Positions 36,147-49,300 of a stretch of DNA of 64,000 nucleotides are shown piece by piece (position 1 is the stretch's first letter; every line of letters starts with the position of its first letter). This stretch comes from Plasmodiophora brassicae (lineage: Eukaryota), in NCBI GenBank assembly GCA_036867785.1, contig CP145417.1:1054001-1118000 (forward strand), written 5' to 3'. The notes under the pieces are model-generated. The model was given only the letters and a program-made list of their open reading frames with translations. It was not told where the DNA came from and did no database searches. Both the position numbers and the translations under genes were made by a program.

Positions 36147-37367
36147 ATGGCGGTGCTGAGGGCGGTGGCCGCGGGGGCACCGCGCCGCTGGCTGCGTCTG
36201 CGGGCGCCCAGCCCGACCGGCGTCCGCATCCTGTCGTACAACGTGCTGTCGCCCTACATCATGGAGTGGCATCGGCGCCTGTATGTGGAGACGCCGACGA
36301 GGTACCGCCGATGGCAGACCAGGCTGCCCCTGGTCGTCCGCGACATTGTCGGTGCGTTGCAGCGGCCCGCCAACGTGTGTAAGGGGAACGTATGCTGACC
36401 TGTGCGCCCCGCCTGTAGACCAGTCTCCCGACGTCGTGTGCTTGCAGGAAGTCGACTACCGCTCCATGGAGAACGATCTGGGACCGGCGCTCGTTCGCCA
36501 GGGATACCAAGGTCGTCCTTCGTGTATACTGTTGATGTCGGTGGCAGGACGCTGACGGGGGCCCCGGGTACGTCCATAGGCCGCTATGCACGCAGGACGA
36601 GCCCGCACAGCTGCGACGGGGTCGCGATCTTCTTCCGGGCGCCCATGTTCCAGGAGGAAACCCGCACGCAGCGCATCGCGTTGGACGTCGCCGACGGCGT
36701 CGATAACGTTGCCCTTGCCGTTGAGCTTCGCCAGCAGAGGACGGGCACGCGGTTCACGGTCGCCACAACCCACCTGCTGTTCGACCCGGCGCGGTCGGAC
36801 GTGCGAATGGCCCAGCTGAGGGCCCTGCTCGATCGGTTGCCCGATGCGCACCCGATCGTCCTCACTGGCGACTTCAACAGCGACCCGTTGTCCCCCGCGA
36901 TCCGCTACCTGACCGAGGGTACGGTCAGACAAGCCCAGGGAGCAGCAGGATCCGCGCCCGTCATTGACTGACGTGCCCTGTGTGCTCTTGAATTGCAGGC
37001 GGTCATCGACTGCGGTTCCGGTCGCTGTACGACGACCATTGCAACCGGTACTCGTCGTATGTCGCCGGGTCCTGGCGTCTAGTTGATTACATTGTGTACG
37101 GCGGCGGCGGCGCAGGCCACGTATGTCTAGCGGCGTGCACGCATCGTCGAACGCATCCGACGTCGTCCCTGACCGGTGTCCCCGTACCCTGCGCAGGTGG
37201 ACGTACAACCATCGGCGCTGTTGCAATTGCCGATGGTGCTGGGGGACCCGCGCGACGCTCGGCCGTTGCATCCGGGCCCGATGCACGGCAGCGATCATTT
37301 CCCGCTGGCTGGCGATTTCCAGTTCCAGCCGGTTGCCGGCGGCGCACCGCTGCGATCATCTGCATAG
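36147..37367 (+). CDS. Endonuclease/exonuclease/phosphatase (CCR4/nocturnin/Angel-like), multi-exon
   Basis: RILSYNVL, PDVVCLQEVD, DGVAIFF, VATTHL, LTGDFNS, VDYI, GSDHFPL. Confidence 0.92.
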
Positions 37368-37460
37368 GAGGTACGCCACCCTGCCTGCAGCGTCATAAAA
37401 ACCCGGGTACATCCTCGCCAGACGTCGTCATTGCTGCAGTACATGCAGATTGGTTTGCTG

Positions 37461-38723
37461 CTAGGGGGTCGTCGCCGTCAGGCATGGCGCCCGTGCCAGG
37501 AACATGGCCAGCTCGCGCATGGACGGCTCCGTCGAGTTCGTCTGCAGGCACTGATCGACGGCCGTTCGCAAGGTGACCGGGAACGGTATGCCGTTGCCTT
37601 TATGCCGGTCCTGGACGGCGTACGCGTTGCGATGCCAGTCGACCGCCATGGCGCCCGATAGTTCGCTGAACGACGACGCTGGCGTCAGGACTCGTGCATC
37701 GGCGCGTTGCAGGAGCAGCAGCTCGGCTAGGGCGGCCTGGCACCCTTCGACATTGTCCGAGATCTGGAATTCGCCCAGCGTCGCGAACATGGCGCGGTCG
37801 ATGCGCCCCGATTGCAACCTGACAACGCGTTGTCGCGTCTCGGCCGTGTCAGCGGCGAGGAAGTATCGCCGGGGGCGCTGATCGTCGACCGGGGCCGCAA
37901 GCTGGCCGGCGCAGGTCAGGTACCGGCGCAGGTCGTCGTCGGTCATGCGCGACGTGAAGTCGCCGCCGCCTCGAACGTGCAGCGCCACGACAAAGTGCTG
38001 ATCGAAACGGTGCTGCGCCTCGAACTGCTGGACGCGTTCGAGGACGGCGTCGCTGGGCGGGAAGAAGTAGGAGAACAGGCGGCGGAACGACCCCTCGAAC
38101 GGGCCGATCCGATCCAGGAAGCGTTGCCTCAGGCGCGGATTGGCGCCGATCGACTGGACGATGTAGCACGCGCCGCTGACCGTCAGGATCGTCTCCGGGT
38201 AGTCGTTGATATCGTCGCAGATCAGCGACGGGCTGCCGCAGTCGCTGGCGATCTCCCGCGACGTCCCTGACAGGGATCGTCCCCGGGCCTCAAACTGGAT
38301 CGGCCCCTGAAACAGCGCCGACAGGGGCGCGTAGTACCCTTCCTGGAAGTGCACGAGCATCGCCCGATCGGTGAGGATGGCGACGACCAGGCCGGCGATC
38401 ATGGCCCGGATTCGATTGCACAGCTGGCCGGACGGGCGCACCTCCACGTACCGCCCGGGCAGGTCGCCCGCCCCGATCCGCTCATGCACGGCGACATATT
38501 CATCAAAGTACGCCGGGAACGCGGGCGACGCTTGCGCTGCGGTCGGCGACGGCGTTGCGGCGGACCGCTGCCCAGCAGGTGGACGCCCGTATAGCACGAC
38601 GTCGGCGGGCGTCGGTAGGCGCCTAGACAGGAGCGCGACGGTGAACACGACCAAGCAGATGCCCGTGCTGAGGACGGCGGCGGCGGCCGGCTGCACGTGG
38701 CGCAGGCGGCGAGCCGGCAACAT
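37461..38723 (-). CDS. Type II membrane alpha-fucosyltransferase-like glycosyltransferase
   Basis: N-terminal TM, GQLCNRI, motif I VALHVRG, motif II YFLAADT, motif III ELLLLQRAD..TPASSFS. Confidence 0.8.
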   Translation of the reverse strand: MLPARRLRHVQPAAAAVLSTGICLVVFTVALLSRRLPTPADVVLYGRPPAGQRSAATPSPTAAQASPAFPAYFDEYVAVHERIGAGDLPGRYVEVRPSGQLCNRIRAMIAGLVVAILTDRAMLVHFQEGYYAPLSALFQGPIQFEARGRSLSGTSREIASDCGSPSLICDDINDYPETILTVSGACYIVQSIGANPRLRQRFLDRIGPFEGSFRRLFSYFFPPSDAVLERVQQFEAQHRFDQHFVVALHVRGGGDFTSRMTDDDLRRYLTCAGQLAAPVDDQRPRRYFLAADTAETRQRVVRLQSGRIDRAMFATLGEFQISDNVEGCQAALAELLLLQRADARVLTPASSFSELSGAMAVDWHRNAYAVQDRHKGNGIPFPVTLRTAVDQCLQTNSTEPSMRELAMFLARAPCLTATTP

Positions 38724-38982
38724 TGTCGGGGTGAGGGCGTCGGGCCCAGCCAGTGCAGGTGGCGGCAACACGGAATGATGGCTTCGGGTCAGTCGCGGTC
38801 CGCCGCTTTTGGGGCCGGCTCAGGTCAGTCTCACGGCTGTCTTTTGGGCGGTCGCCGATCGGGGCTACCGGACGCCGGACGGGGTCGCCACTCGCGGACA
38901 GCAGCACCAGCAGCAGCAGCAGAAGTGCGGTGCGCGGCGACAGTGACACGCGCAGAACTGCCGGACGACAACCGTGGCGACG

Positions 38983-40337
38983 ATGGCGGGTGGTGGTGGT
39001 GGTGCCGGTTCCGGGATACATGCCGGGTACGCTGCCGGCCCCGTGTTCCGTGCCTGGCAGCAGCCGTTCGTCGATGTGCGCCCCGAGGACCTGGTCATGT
39101 AGGCGACGGGGACATGCGCGGCATGGGCGAAAACGCGCATGAAAGTCTGACACGTTGCGCCGCCCCAGGCCCGTCTTCGTGACGGATGCGGACCCGCGGG
39201 CGTGCCAGGCCGTCGAGTCGCTCCCGGGCGTCAACCGCTACGGGGTGGACGCCCTGATCGATGCGCTGCACCCGCTGGTTGACATTGGTGAGTCCGGCTG
39301 TGCATCGCCGGCAACGGGGGATCCCTTGTGTAGTTGTGTACCAACGCGACTGTGCCCTGGTCAGGCCTGCGCTCCGTCATCGTGTTCGGGGTCGTCTCGT
39401 CCAGCCAGCACAAGGATGCGTTCGCGTCGGCAGCGACCGACCCGAAAGGCCCGGCTGCTGTCGCGATTCGTCAGCTGAAACGTGCGTTCCCCGACCTGGT
39501 CGTCATCGCCGATGTCTGCATGTAACGTTGGGGGGCGTGCTGTATCGGGCGCGCGTGCACCCCCCGTCTGAGGCCCGTGCGCCACGTGCAGGTGCCCATA
39601 CGCCGACCACGGGCACTGCGGCGTCATCGACGCGGACGGGCGGGTCGACGTCGAATCCAGCGTGGCGCGCCTGGCCCAGATTGCCCTGTTCTACGCGCAA
39701 TGCGGCGCCGATGTCGTCGCCCCGTCCGACATGATGGACGGGCGCGTCCATGCCATCAAGGACGCCTTGCGACGGTACGAACGCGTGTTGCCTCTCAAGC
39801 GGGGGGGCCGCTGCTGACTGGTGTCGCGGTTCAGTGATGGGTTCGGGTCTCGCGTCCCGGTCCTGTCGTACAGCGCCAAGTTCGCGTCCTGCTTCTACGG
39901 GCCGTTCCGCGATGCGGCCAAGTCGGCGCCCAGCAAAGGTATATCTGTGTCGGCCGCGTGCCCTGCTGCATGTAAAAGGTCATCTTGGCGCAGGCGACCG
40001 ATCCGGATACCAATTGCCGCCTGGCAGCACTGGCCTGGCGCTTCGGGCCGTGGCGCGCGACATTGCCGAAGGCGCCGATTTCGTCATGGTCAAACCCGCT
40101 GGCCCGTACCTGGACGTGATCAGCGCTGTCCGACAGCGCTGCGAGGTGCCCGTCTTCGCCTACCAGGTGTCCGGCGAGTACGCCATGCTGCGCCACGCCG
40201 CCAGCGCCGGCGCCGTCGACCTGCGCCAGGCCGCTCTCGAATCGCTGATCGCCCTGAAACGGGCCGGCGCCACCGTCATCATCACGTACTTCACGCCGGA
40301 TATCCTGTCCTGGCTGCGCGATGCCCGGGCGGCGTAA
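38983..40337 (+). CDS. ALAD: Delta-aminolevulinate dehydratase (porphobilinogen synthase), Zn-binding type, multi-exon
   Basis: [78 protein letters not shown]. Confidence 0.97.
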
Positions 40338-40586
40338 CCACCGGAATACAGGTTCGACCCTACCTACATACCTTCGTAGTCGGGACTCGCACCTGCCCGT
40401 ACCCGCATGGACTGCAGGAGCGACCCGACGTGGTCGATCACCGGTGCCGGGGGCGGTACTTCGGAAGCGGTTGCCACCGTGACTGCTGCCGAATTCCGAA
40501 TTCGTCAACAAACGAGTCGGCAGCAGCAATGCAGGTCTGAGAGACCTCACGGGGGGCCCCCGTTGCGGCATTGACGGTCTGCGCCA

Positions 40587-41677
40587 ATGGACGAGGGCTC
40601 GTACTGGTCCCGTGTGTGTCGCCTGTTCCGCTTGCTGGATCCCAGGCTGTGCCTGCTGACCGACGCCGATATCAGGCGGGCGCAGGCGCGCAGGCGGCGA
40701 ACACAGGACGACCAGGTCGTTGTCGAGGCCGTCGTGCACCCGGATACGGGCCTGCCCATCCGACGGCCGTTCTCCATGCCCTTCATCGTGCCGTGCAATA
40801 TGACGATCGACGCGCTGATGCTGGTCGCCGCCCGACATGGCGTGTTTGCGAGCATGGCCGCCCAGCTGATCAATCAGACGTACGAGCGCATTGGCGACGG
40901 GCCGGGAGGCGAATCCCCCTGACGGCGTGCCAGGTATAACGCCGCTCATTACTACGAGAACAGGAACGCGACGAACGCCGGCGAGCGCACCCGGGAGACC
41001 GTGGAAGGGTTCCTGGGTGCCATTGCCGGGTCGTTCGCGTCCATCCTCGCTCTGCACCGCCTCCCGCCGCATCCGCTCTACTCGTCGTTCATCCCATTCG
41101 CGGCTGTCGCTGCAGGTGCGGCATCGATATGGGGAGCGTGCGCTCCTCCCGGGTCACGTCCTCCCCCCCTACAATCCCTGACGCAACGTGTCGTCTGTCT
41201 GTAGCCGATGTCATCAACCTGGGCACCGTCCGCCGCCGTGAGTACCTGTCTGGGATCCAGGTCCGCGATCGCGACGGCCATGTGCTGGGCCTGTCCCGAA
41301 TTGCGGGTGCGGCCGCTGTCGCGTCCTGTATTGCGGGCCGGGTCCTCGTCCTGGTACCCATTCTGGGTTTACCTCCCGTCGCCATGCACGCCCTGGACCG
41401 AACTGAGTGGTTCAAGCGGCACCCGCGCTGGCGCATTCCCGTGCTGGTTGGTCGGTGAACCCCCGTTCCTGGATGGGTGCGACCTGGCCGTCGCTGACCC
41501 CTGTACCGATCCACAGGCATGGTTGGCGTTGCCATTCAGGTATCGGTGCCGCTCGTGTTCGCCCTGTTCCAGCAGAAGGCCAGCATCGACGTCGGGTACC
41601 TGGAGGGCGAATTCTCGGGCAGATGCCACGCCGATGGCAGCCCTGTCGACAGGGTGCACTACAACAAGGGCATCTGA
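40587..41677 (+). CDS. SFXN: Sideroflexin (mitochondrial carrier), multi-exon
   Basis: SYWSRV..LLDPR, VHPDTG, QLINQT, PFAAVAA, terminal YNKGI*. Confidence 0.9.
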
Positions 41678-42567
41678 TTCCGGGCGCGGTGCGTCTATTC
41701 AGGACGGCGCTCAGTCGTCGCAGACGGTGACCGGGTCGTGCCTGCACCAACGTGGACGGCGTGTACGTCGTAGCGCGCAGGCGCATGACAAAGGCGGCAC
41801 CTGCGAGTACGTCGCCGGCCACGACGGCAGTGCTGGCCAGGAGCATGTAGACGAGCGTGTAGGACATGGGCGGCTGGCTGAGCTTCGGATTCGCCTTCTC
41901 CTCCAGCTCCCTCTTCCTAGCGGCGGCTGTGACGTCGCGAGTTGCCCTATTGGCGTCGTACGCCTACGTCGGAGCTGGATGTTATCCGATTGGTGAACGA
42001 GGACCTGTACGAACGGCCCATGGGCCTGAAGGTCATCAAGGAGGACACGGAGCGGTGCCTGTAAAGTGTACGCGGGCTGACGACGGGGCAGCTGCCAGAC
42101 ATGAAGACGTGGAACATTGGCGGCACGATGAAGCATGCAGTTGTCGACGGCAGCGTCATAGCCGGAGCTGCTGCGGTCCTACGTGACGGCGAACGCCGAC
42201 CCCAGCGTCACTGTCGTCAAGTGTGTGCGTGTGGGTGTGTGTCGGGTGTGAGTGTGGGTATCTGTAGTACCCACATAGTTCTACTGCCCACGTGCTGGGT
42301 ACGCGGGCGCGGGCTGTACCTGCGGTCAGCGCTGCGCGGCAAAACTGCGCCCCGGGGCGGCTCCTTTTGGGTGGACGACGACCGTCGGATCAGGTCGGGG
42401 TAGCCGGATCCCCAGGCAGGCAGGCAGGCTGGCTCCGTCGACGCAAATCCGGCCGCATCGATCAGGGGCCTGCGACCGCGTCACCCGCGCCGGCGTCGTT
42501 CAGCGTTCCGGGAGGCCTCGCACCTGTGCGACAACAGGCGTGGCTGACGACGCGGTCGTGTTCGGCC

Positions 42568-44229
42568 ATGGCGGGTGCCGATGATGACGCCATCGTCATG
42601 CCGGTCCTGCTGCGGTCCGAACCGGATCGTCGGCGTCAGACGTCGGTGATCTGCGACCAGGTCCGGTCGTGGGCGGCCGATCCGACGTCCGCCGACCTGG
42701 TCGCCCGGGTCCTACCCAGCATCGAACGCCTGGCATTCGATGCGCCGTTCGCCGACCTGCGACAGGCGTTCCGGGAGCTGTACGACGAGGTTGGACCATC
42801 GGGACGACGGCCTGCACCGTGCGTTTCGCGTATGCTGCCCAGGGAGGCGTTCTCGGAGGTGGGCGCCATCCCGGACGGCCCGCCGCTGTACGCTCTGCAG
42901 GACATGTTCCTGCTGACGGGTCGCATCGCATCCCTGGATCGCATCATTGCAATGCAACCGTCGTTCCTGGTCGCCTACGTATCCAGCTACGTGGCGATCA
43001 TGTACGATGATGGGCCGCTGTCTCTACCGTGCCGGTCGTACCTGGCGGCGTTGGCCAGCGCCCGCCTGCACTGCCAGTACCTGATCCGGCAGCAGGCACG
43101 GGAGTTCGTCAGGCTCCAGGGGCCCGTACAGTGGCTACACGATCGGGCCGCCGTCCCTGACAAGCTCAGGCTGTTCGACGAGGTCAACGCGCTGATGGCG
43201 CACCAGCCATGGAGGTTGACGCCGGCGCTCCTGCGATCTATGCTGTCCCATTCCGACCTGTCCGTCTCCGAGCTCGTCCATGGCATCGTCATACTGTCGA
43301 CGTTCCACGCGCTGTGTGGGCTGGCACAGGGTCTTGGCGCCGTCGACACTGACGACGACAGCGACGAGCGGTCAACGGCAACAGCAACGACCCCAAAGCC
43401 GGCACCGCCGGACAGTGATGAAGCGACGCAGCACCTCAAGGTCCTCCTTCAAACCTCGATGGACGTCCTACTTGCACAAGCGACGTCCCTCAAGGCTACT
43501 AACCATGCCCATTCTGGTGCGCATTCGGCCCCCGTTACTGCGACCCAACAACCACCGGCCTACCCGGCGCTCTGCGCTCCTGTCCTGGCCGACATGCAGT
43601 ACGAGGACTACAACGTGAAATCCAAGATCTACCGAGTGCTGCATATGGGCGAGTTCGACTGGAAGGGCCATGGATACTCGCTCATCAGCCGGTACTGGAA
43701 CGACCATACCGCGCAGCTGCTCGATGACGAGTTTGACCTGATTTACGCCCTCACCGACAACAATCTCTGCCAATCGGTGCGCGACATCGATACGGGGCCC
43801 TTCCGACGTGCCATTTGGCATTACACGTTCCGGTTGGTGCTTCGTTTGTGCACATGTCCGGTCTGGCCTACGTACTGACACATCCGGGGACGTAACAGGC
43901 TGTTCGGCGTGTCCGACGATGCATACAACTATCAGGTAGGGTACCTGTTCGTTCGGAACAGACGGGTTGCTAGATCTGAACGTGCGCGTGATCTGGAGCA
44001 GGAAGTCAACATCTTTCTGAACCGAGGTCTGAAGGCGTTTATCAAGAAATGCGCGTGCTTCCCGCACCTGGTGACGGGCGGCGACTTTGTGTCGCTGGGA
44101 TACAGCTTGCGGCCCGATGAGATTGTCCACGTCGCGTTACTGGCAATGGAGGCGAGGCGCCAGGCGACGCTACTGTATGCTCTGCGGGCACTCCAGCAGT
44201 CGACCCAGGTCCAAACAACAGCTGTATAG
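42568..44229 (+). CDS. SESN: Sestrin, with 2 short introns near the 3' end
   Basis: DGPLSLPCRSYLAALASARLHCQYL, NALMAHQPW, ELVHGIVILSTFHAL, FRRAIWHY, LKAFIKKCACFP, VHVALLAMEARRQATLLYALRA. Confidence 0.95.
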
Positions 44230-45901
44230 CATTCGTTGTAGCGTATAAATTTATGGTCAAGTCGATATATACGGGCCCCTAGTGGCATCGGCATCCACGC
44301 CAACGCCGCCACGCACTCCGACACTCCGTACGCGCCGTCGTTGGCAGTCGTTATTGACATCGTCGGCGACGTACTCGCCAATGAAACGTCCACCGTGCCG
44401 TTGCGCATGTAACGCCGTTCGTAATACACTTCACTTCGTTATTCTCTCCCTTAGATTAACAGTCGTATGCTCTCCAGCCGCGCTCCGCGTCATGGCCGAG
44501 GGCCAGCCGGCGCTGACACCCATTGGTGGCTACTCAACCATCACTGGCGTCAGATCGGCTGCAAGTCGGTGCATCCGCTTGCAGCCATTCCTGCATCCGC
44601 CTATAGCCAATTCCTGCATCCGCCTGCAACCGATCGATAGCGCTCGCGCGCAGCTGCAGCGCAAGTCCGGGGTGCGCGACTGCGCGTCCCTGCAGGGCAG
44701 GGTCTATCAGCCAGGTGCCAGTACGGCGTCGATGTGTTGAACACGTACAATGACATTAGATTACAAATTTGTTGATATCCTCCAGTACAACATTGCCCTG
44801 TATTGTCGAATACGTTGCTCACAGTATTTTGGGCACTATGTGAAGAATTGGACATAGGGCCCATTCTGGTACTACAATGATACTGCAGGAACCATAAGCG
44901 CCGTGTTCCATGCCAGTGGATATCGAAGACAGTGCCGCCGGCAACAGCAGCGCGCAAACACCACCTGGCAATGTCATGTTCCGATCCGCGTGCCTCCACA
45001 CACATCAGGAAAAATGGGCCTGGAGAGAGCCAAAATGGGCCCCCACCCACCGGTGGTCGTTGAAAAATGGTCCTGACCTTCGACTCGGCGCAGTCAGCCA
45101 CCCATTGTTGACGCCGACGGGGAGCCAACCACTGGCGAGCAGATGTTCATTTGCGATATCGATCGCCAATGGCGCGACGTCGGCGAATCGAGTCCGACCG
45201 AGACGACGAGGTAGAGGAGCGGCCCCAACGAGGACGGACACGCGTTGACACTGGCAAACAACCGACGCCTGATCGTGCCGACGAGGGGTCATGTATCACG
45301 ACCGAAGAACTAGGCAACCAGGCTAACTGTCCGGAAATGACAACGACGTCCGCCCCAGCGGCGGAACTCGGCCGGATGTCACACAGTAAGAACGACGCAT
45401 GCGAGTCGTTTCGAAGCACACTTAGCGGACGGTCCTTATACGCCTGCACGTCAAGCACACCCGAATCGTCTTGCGCACCGTAAGGACGAATCGACTTCTA
45501 TTCGATTCCAGCGCAAACAGGCGATCGACGTGCCACGGTGCCTATTGCCATTCTGCCCTGCATCAGGCCATCACCTCAAGGCCAGTGAAGAAGGAAAAGG
45601 TATCGTGGAAAGTGCCAAACAGCTGTTTTCGTAGTCAGTTGTGGATATTTGCGAGTCATTTCCTCACTGACCTACGTGTTATATTCGCAGAGAATACTGC
45701 AATAATGAAGACTTGCTTGAGGGCTCCAACAAGTCAAAAAATCAAACAATCCATCGCGGCATTATTGTATATCTTCGAAACGATATTGACGTTTCCTAAC
45801 AGGACGCAAAGGCGTGGCCTTACCTGCGTCCACTTGCAGCCAATTCCTGCATCCGCCTGCAGCCATTCCTGCATCCCTCTAGCTTGCCAATCATGGTCTG
45901 T

Positions 45902-46339
45902 TTATCGACCTAATTCATTGACGAACCTACGCACTATGCTGTCGATGATTCGATCACCGGACAAGTCAGCGTGGTCGTCCGGGACGGCCCACAACTTGTG
46001 CCACAGACGGCGCAGCCAGTCGAATTTCTGTCCTGGCTGGCCGGTGATGATGTGCGGTTTCGCACCCTTGAACCGAGGTCGGATCTCAGGACGACTGTCG
46101 ATGAGCCCGGCCGCGCCCTTTGCGTTCGACAGGAACGTTTTTATCACTAATGCTGTGAGTCAACGGTTACTAATGATCCGCGGTTGAAATATTGATTTAC
46201 TACGACGACTTTCATCAAACGGCCATCCCTCCGCGTCCTGTTCAGGAATGCCAACATCGTTTTGAAGATATAGAATAATGCCGCGATGGACCGCTTGATT
46301 TTTTGACTTGTTTGAGCCTTCGAGCAAATCTTCATTATC
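45902..46339 (-). CDS. Putative second spliced gene of the YR element, divergent from the recombinase
   Basis: Acceptor tgtcag|DNEDLLEGSNKSKNQAVHRGIILYLQNDVGIPEQDAEGWPFDE, GT-AG intron, then LVIKTFLSNAKG..FDWLRRLWHKLW..VRRFVNELGR*. Confidence 0.4.
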
Positions 46340-46380
46340 CTGACAAATAATCTATAGGAAAGACGTTATCCGGTAGCAAA

Positions 46381-49300
46381 ATGGCCACCTTCCCCGCACC
46401 TTCCCCTCTCCTTCCCCGTACCCTTCCCCCTACGGGGTCGGGGGCACTGCGACCCCGTCGGCGCAATCTTCGGCAAGAGAGGCGGTCTTTCGGGGCGTCT
46501 GCAGTTGACGAGTTGGTCGACAACGGTGTGCAACAGCGAATGCGTCCGCTCACAACGTCGCAAGAAGATGTGGTTCGGCAGAGAGTCGGCGAGGCATTGG
46601 CCCGCATGGGCCTGCGCTTCTCAGCTCACGGCGGGCAACTGACTGGCAATCGCGTCCTGAAGCAGAACTCGCACAAGCAGTACAAGCAGCTCTACCGTCA
46701 GCTGGCTCTGTTCTGCAAACGAATTGGTGATTTTGAGTCATTGATCATTCTCGACGAGCGAGCTCCCACCGAATTCTGTCCATCGATGAGTGCAGACACA
46801 CTCATGGCGTTCATCGATTTCAAGGTCCTGCCACCTGGCACTCCCGTTGTTGTGCATCGTGACGATGCCGTCAGTTCTCATCGCGTTGGTCCCGTTCTGG
46901 ATTACTTCTCGAGACAGCCTATCCTCGCAACGGGTGCCTGGAACGATCCGAACTCATGCAACCAGCTGTTGTCAGCTGTCAGTGATTTGCATGTTGCGAG
47001 GCACCAGAGCGGACAGTACTCAGACCCATGTCCTGCGTGTATTGTCGCGTACCGGGACAATAATGTCTCGTGTAATTTTCACGCTGGAGTCCCGCGCTTG
47101 TGGAGATCGGGCTGCCCGCGATCGCATCAGAACGTGAAGAACCGGTACCGTCGCGTGACGCAAATCGACCTCGTTGATTACACTGCGCAAGGTGATTCGC
47201 CTCTGATGCCACATGAACTGATCGCCATTCGCAAAGCGCTACTCAGCGCAGATCGATATGAGGGACTTCGTCTCTATACGATGATCCTTTTCCACTGCCA
47301 GCTCTTCCTCCGATCCGCCGAAGGGTGTCCATTCCGAATTGAAGACATTCTGACGAGTCTGGTATCTGTCAATCCCGATAATGGCGACGTTAACTGCATG
47401 GGCGTCAAGATCAAGGGCAAGGCTGATGGATCGTTTGTCCCGTTAATGATATGGCGCTGTACAGACGTTCCCGAACTATGCTTGGTTAGCCACCTGCTAC
47501 TGTGGCTCAGCGTATCAGGCATAACGTCGGGTTACCTATTTCCCAAGAAGAAGGGGTTCTAGTGACTGCTTCGATTTCACCACCTTTAACAACCAGTAGG
47601 TCTCGTATGGTGCACTTACGAATGTGTATTTGACGGCGAATCGTGTCCGTAGACTGAAGAAGCTGCTCTCGGACGTTGTTGGACGCGATGACGGGCGAGT
47701 TTGGGGAACGCATACCCTCCGAAAAACTGGCTATTTGTTAGCTATTTGGGGGAAAGGTGAACTGGGGCAGATCATGCTGTCAGCACGGCACAAAACCGTT
47801 GAAAGCGCTAAACGGTACTACGGATCGGCAGCAGCTTTCCTGAAGATGATATCGCTTCAGAAGTAATTCGCATTCATGTGAACCTAACGCAATTTCGGAA
47901 CTGACTCGTCAACAGGCGAAGCGCTTTGTTAACCGTCGATTACACATGGGAGGCGATCCACATGTCCGACCATAGAGAACTGGTGGCTCTGAACGAGAAT
48001 CCCATCGGCGGCCTGCCGGATTTGTTTAGGCATGTACGGATCTTCGTCGAGAATTTGGTTGCTCAAAGAGTGCTGGCTCCGAACAAGACCAGAAACATCA
48101 TAGCACTCTCACAAGCTATCCTGCAGGCGAGGGATCAGAGTATCGACGCGAAAATCGACAACATTCTTGCGCTGATGCAAGCGAAAGGGTTCGGCGACTT
48201 GACAGGACAACTTGTTGAGCTACTTGCAAGAAAGTATGCTCTACAAGGAGTTCAAGATCGTCATGCTCCTGATGCTGCCGATAACAATGCCGACCAGCGC
48301 CGCTCTGCTCGTGGGCGTTGTGACGACCGAACACGATGAGTCAACCACACGGATTGACCGACTGAGGTCGGTCCGCGCCGTGGACGTTTATTGTACCTAG
48401 TGCGCTACGACGAAGGAGCCCAATTTGGTGCCGGCTGAGTCGCCAACACGACTCAGTCGTGACATAATAGTCCCCTTCTAGCCGCACCGGGAACGGGCTG
48501 CGGGCTTGTCTGGGTTGAAGCATTTGGTGAGGCCTAGCAAGAACTGCTTCATCATTAGGCGACAGTGTGTACTCCAGTCGACGAGTCAGGGCGTCAGGTG
48601 TCCAATGAACGAAATCAACTTCGCTAAGGAATTGGGGTGAACGAATCTGTCGTCGATGTAGCTTGTGGGCAAACGCACGTGCGGCGGCGTCCAGGAACAT
48701 GAGATCGTGGTTGAGAAACGCGATCGAGGTTGATGAGGCCTGGTCATCCTCTAACGTAGCAAAAGGTGCAAAGAAGGACTCGGCGGGCGCATTCAAGGGC
48801 GGGGGCTCCGCAGAGGCGCTCGTACACAGCTGTGCTATTGGAAAATACGGCCACCCAACTAGGATCCAGGCCAGGGCGACAAAGGTTGCGAACATCAGAA
48901 GATTGAGGCTGTGGCCGTCTCGGAAGCCACCATTGGAGGGAGGCGGCGGGAGAGACCGTTTCACCCTTCGTCGAACGGGGCCCCAGTTCCGGAAGGAGGA
49001 CATAAGGGGCGTGGACTCGGAGCCTGAACGGGGCAATGATAAGAGATCGGTGCGGCTGGTGGCAACAGTGTCATTGAAGGCGGCGACCCCCGGGATACCA
49101 TAATCGAAAGCGGAAGGACTCGGCCTGTCGTCGACGGCAGCAGTGGCAATGTGGCACTCCGGGTGGTCGTCATTAGATACGGAAGCCAGCTTGCCGTCGA
49201 CAAACACGGATGTAAGCGGCAACGTTTCGAGTGATTCAGCTGAAGGGATGGCACACGCAGGCGCAGGAACGCTTCGTGCAGGAGGTGAGACCCCAGCTGA

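Noticed and set aside
41711-42160. Small minus-strand gene between sideroflexin and sestrin
   Set aside because: The ORFs look plausible, but there is no recognisable motif or consistent exon chain.
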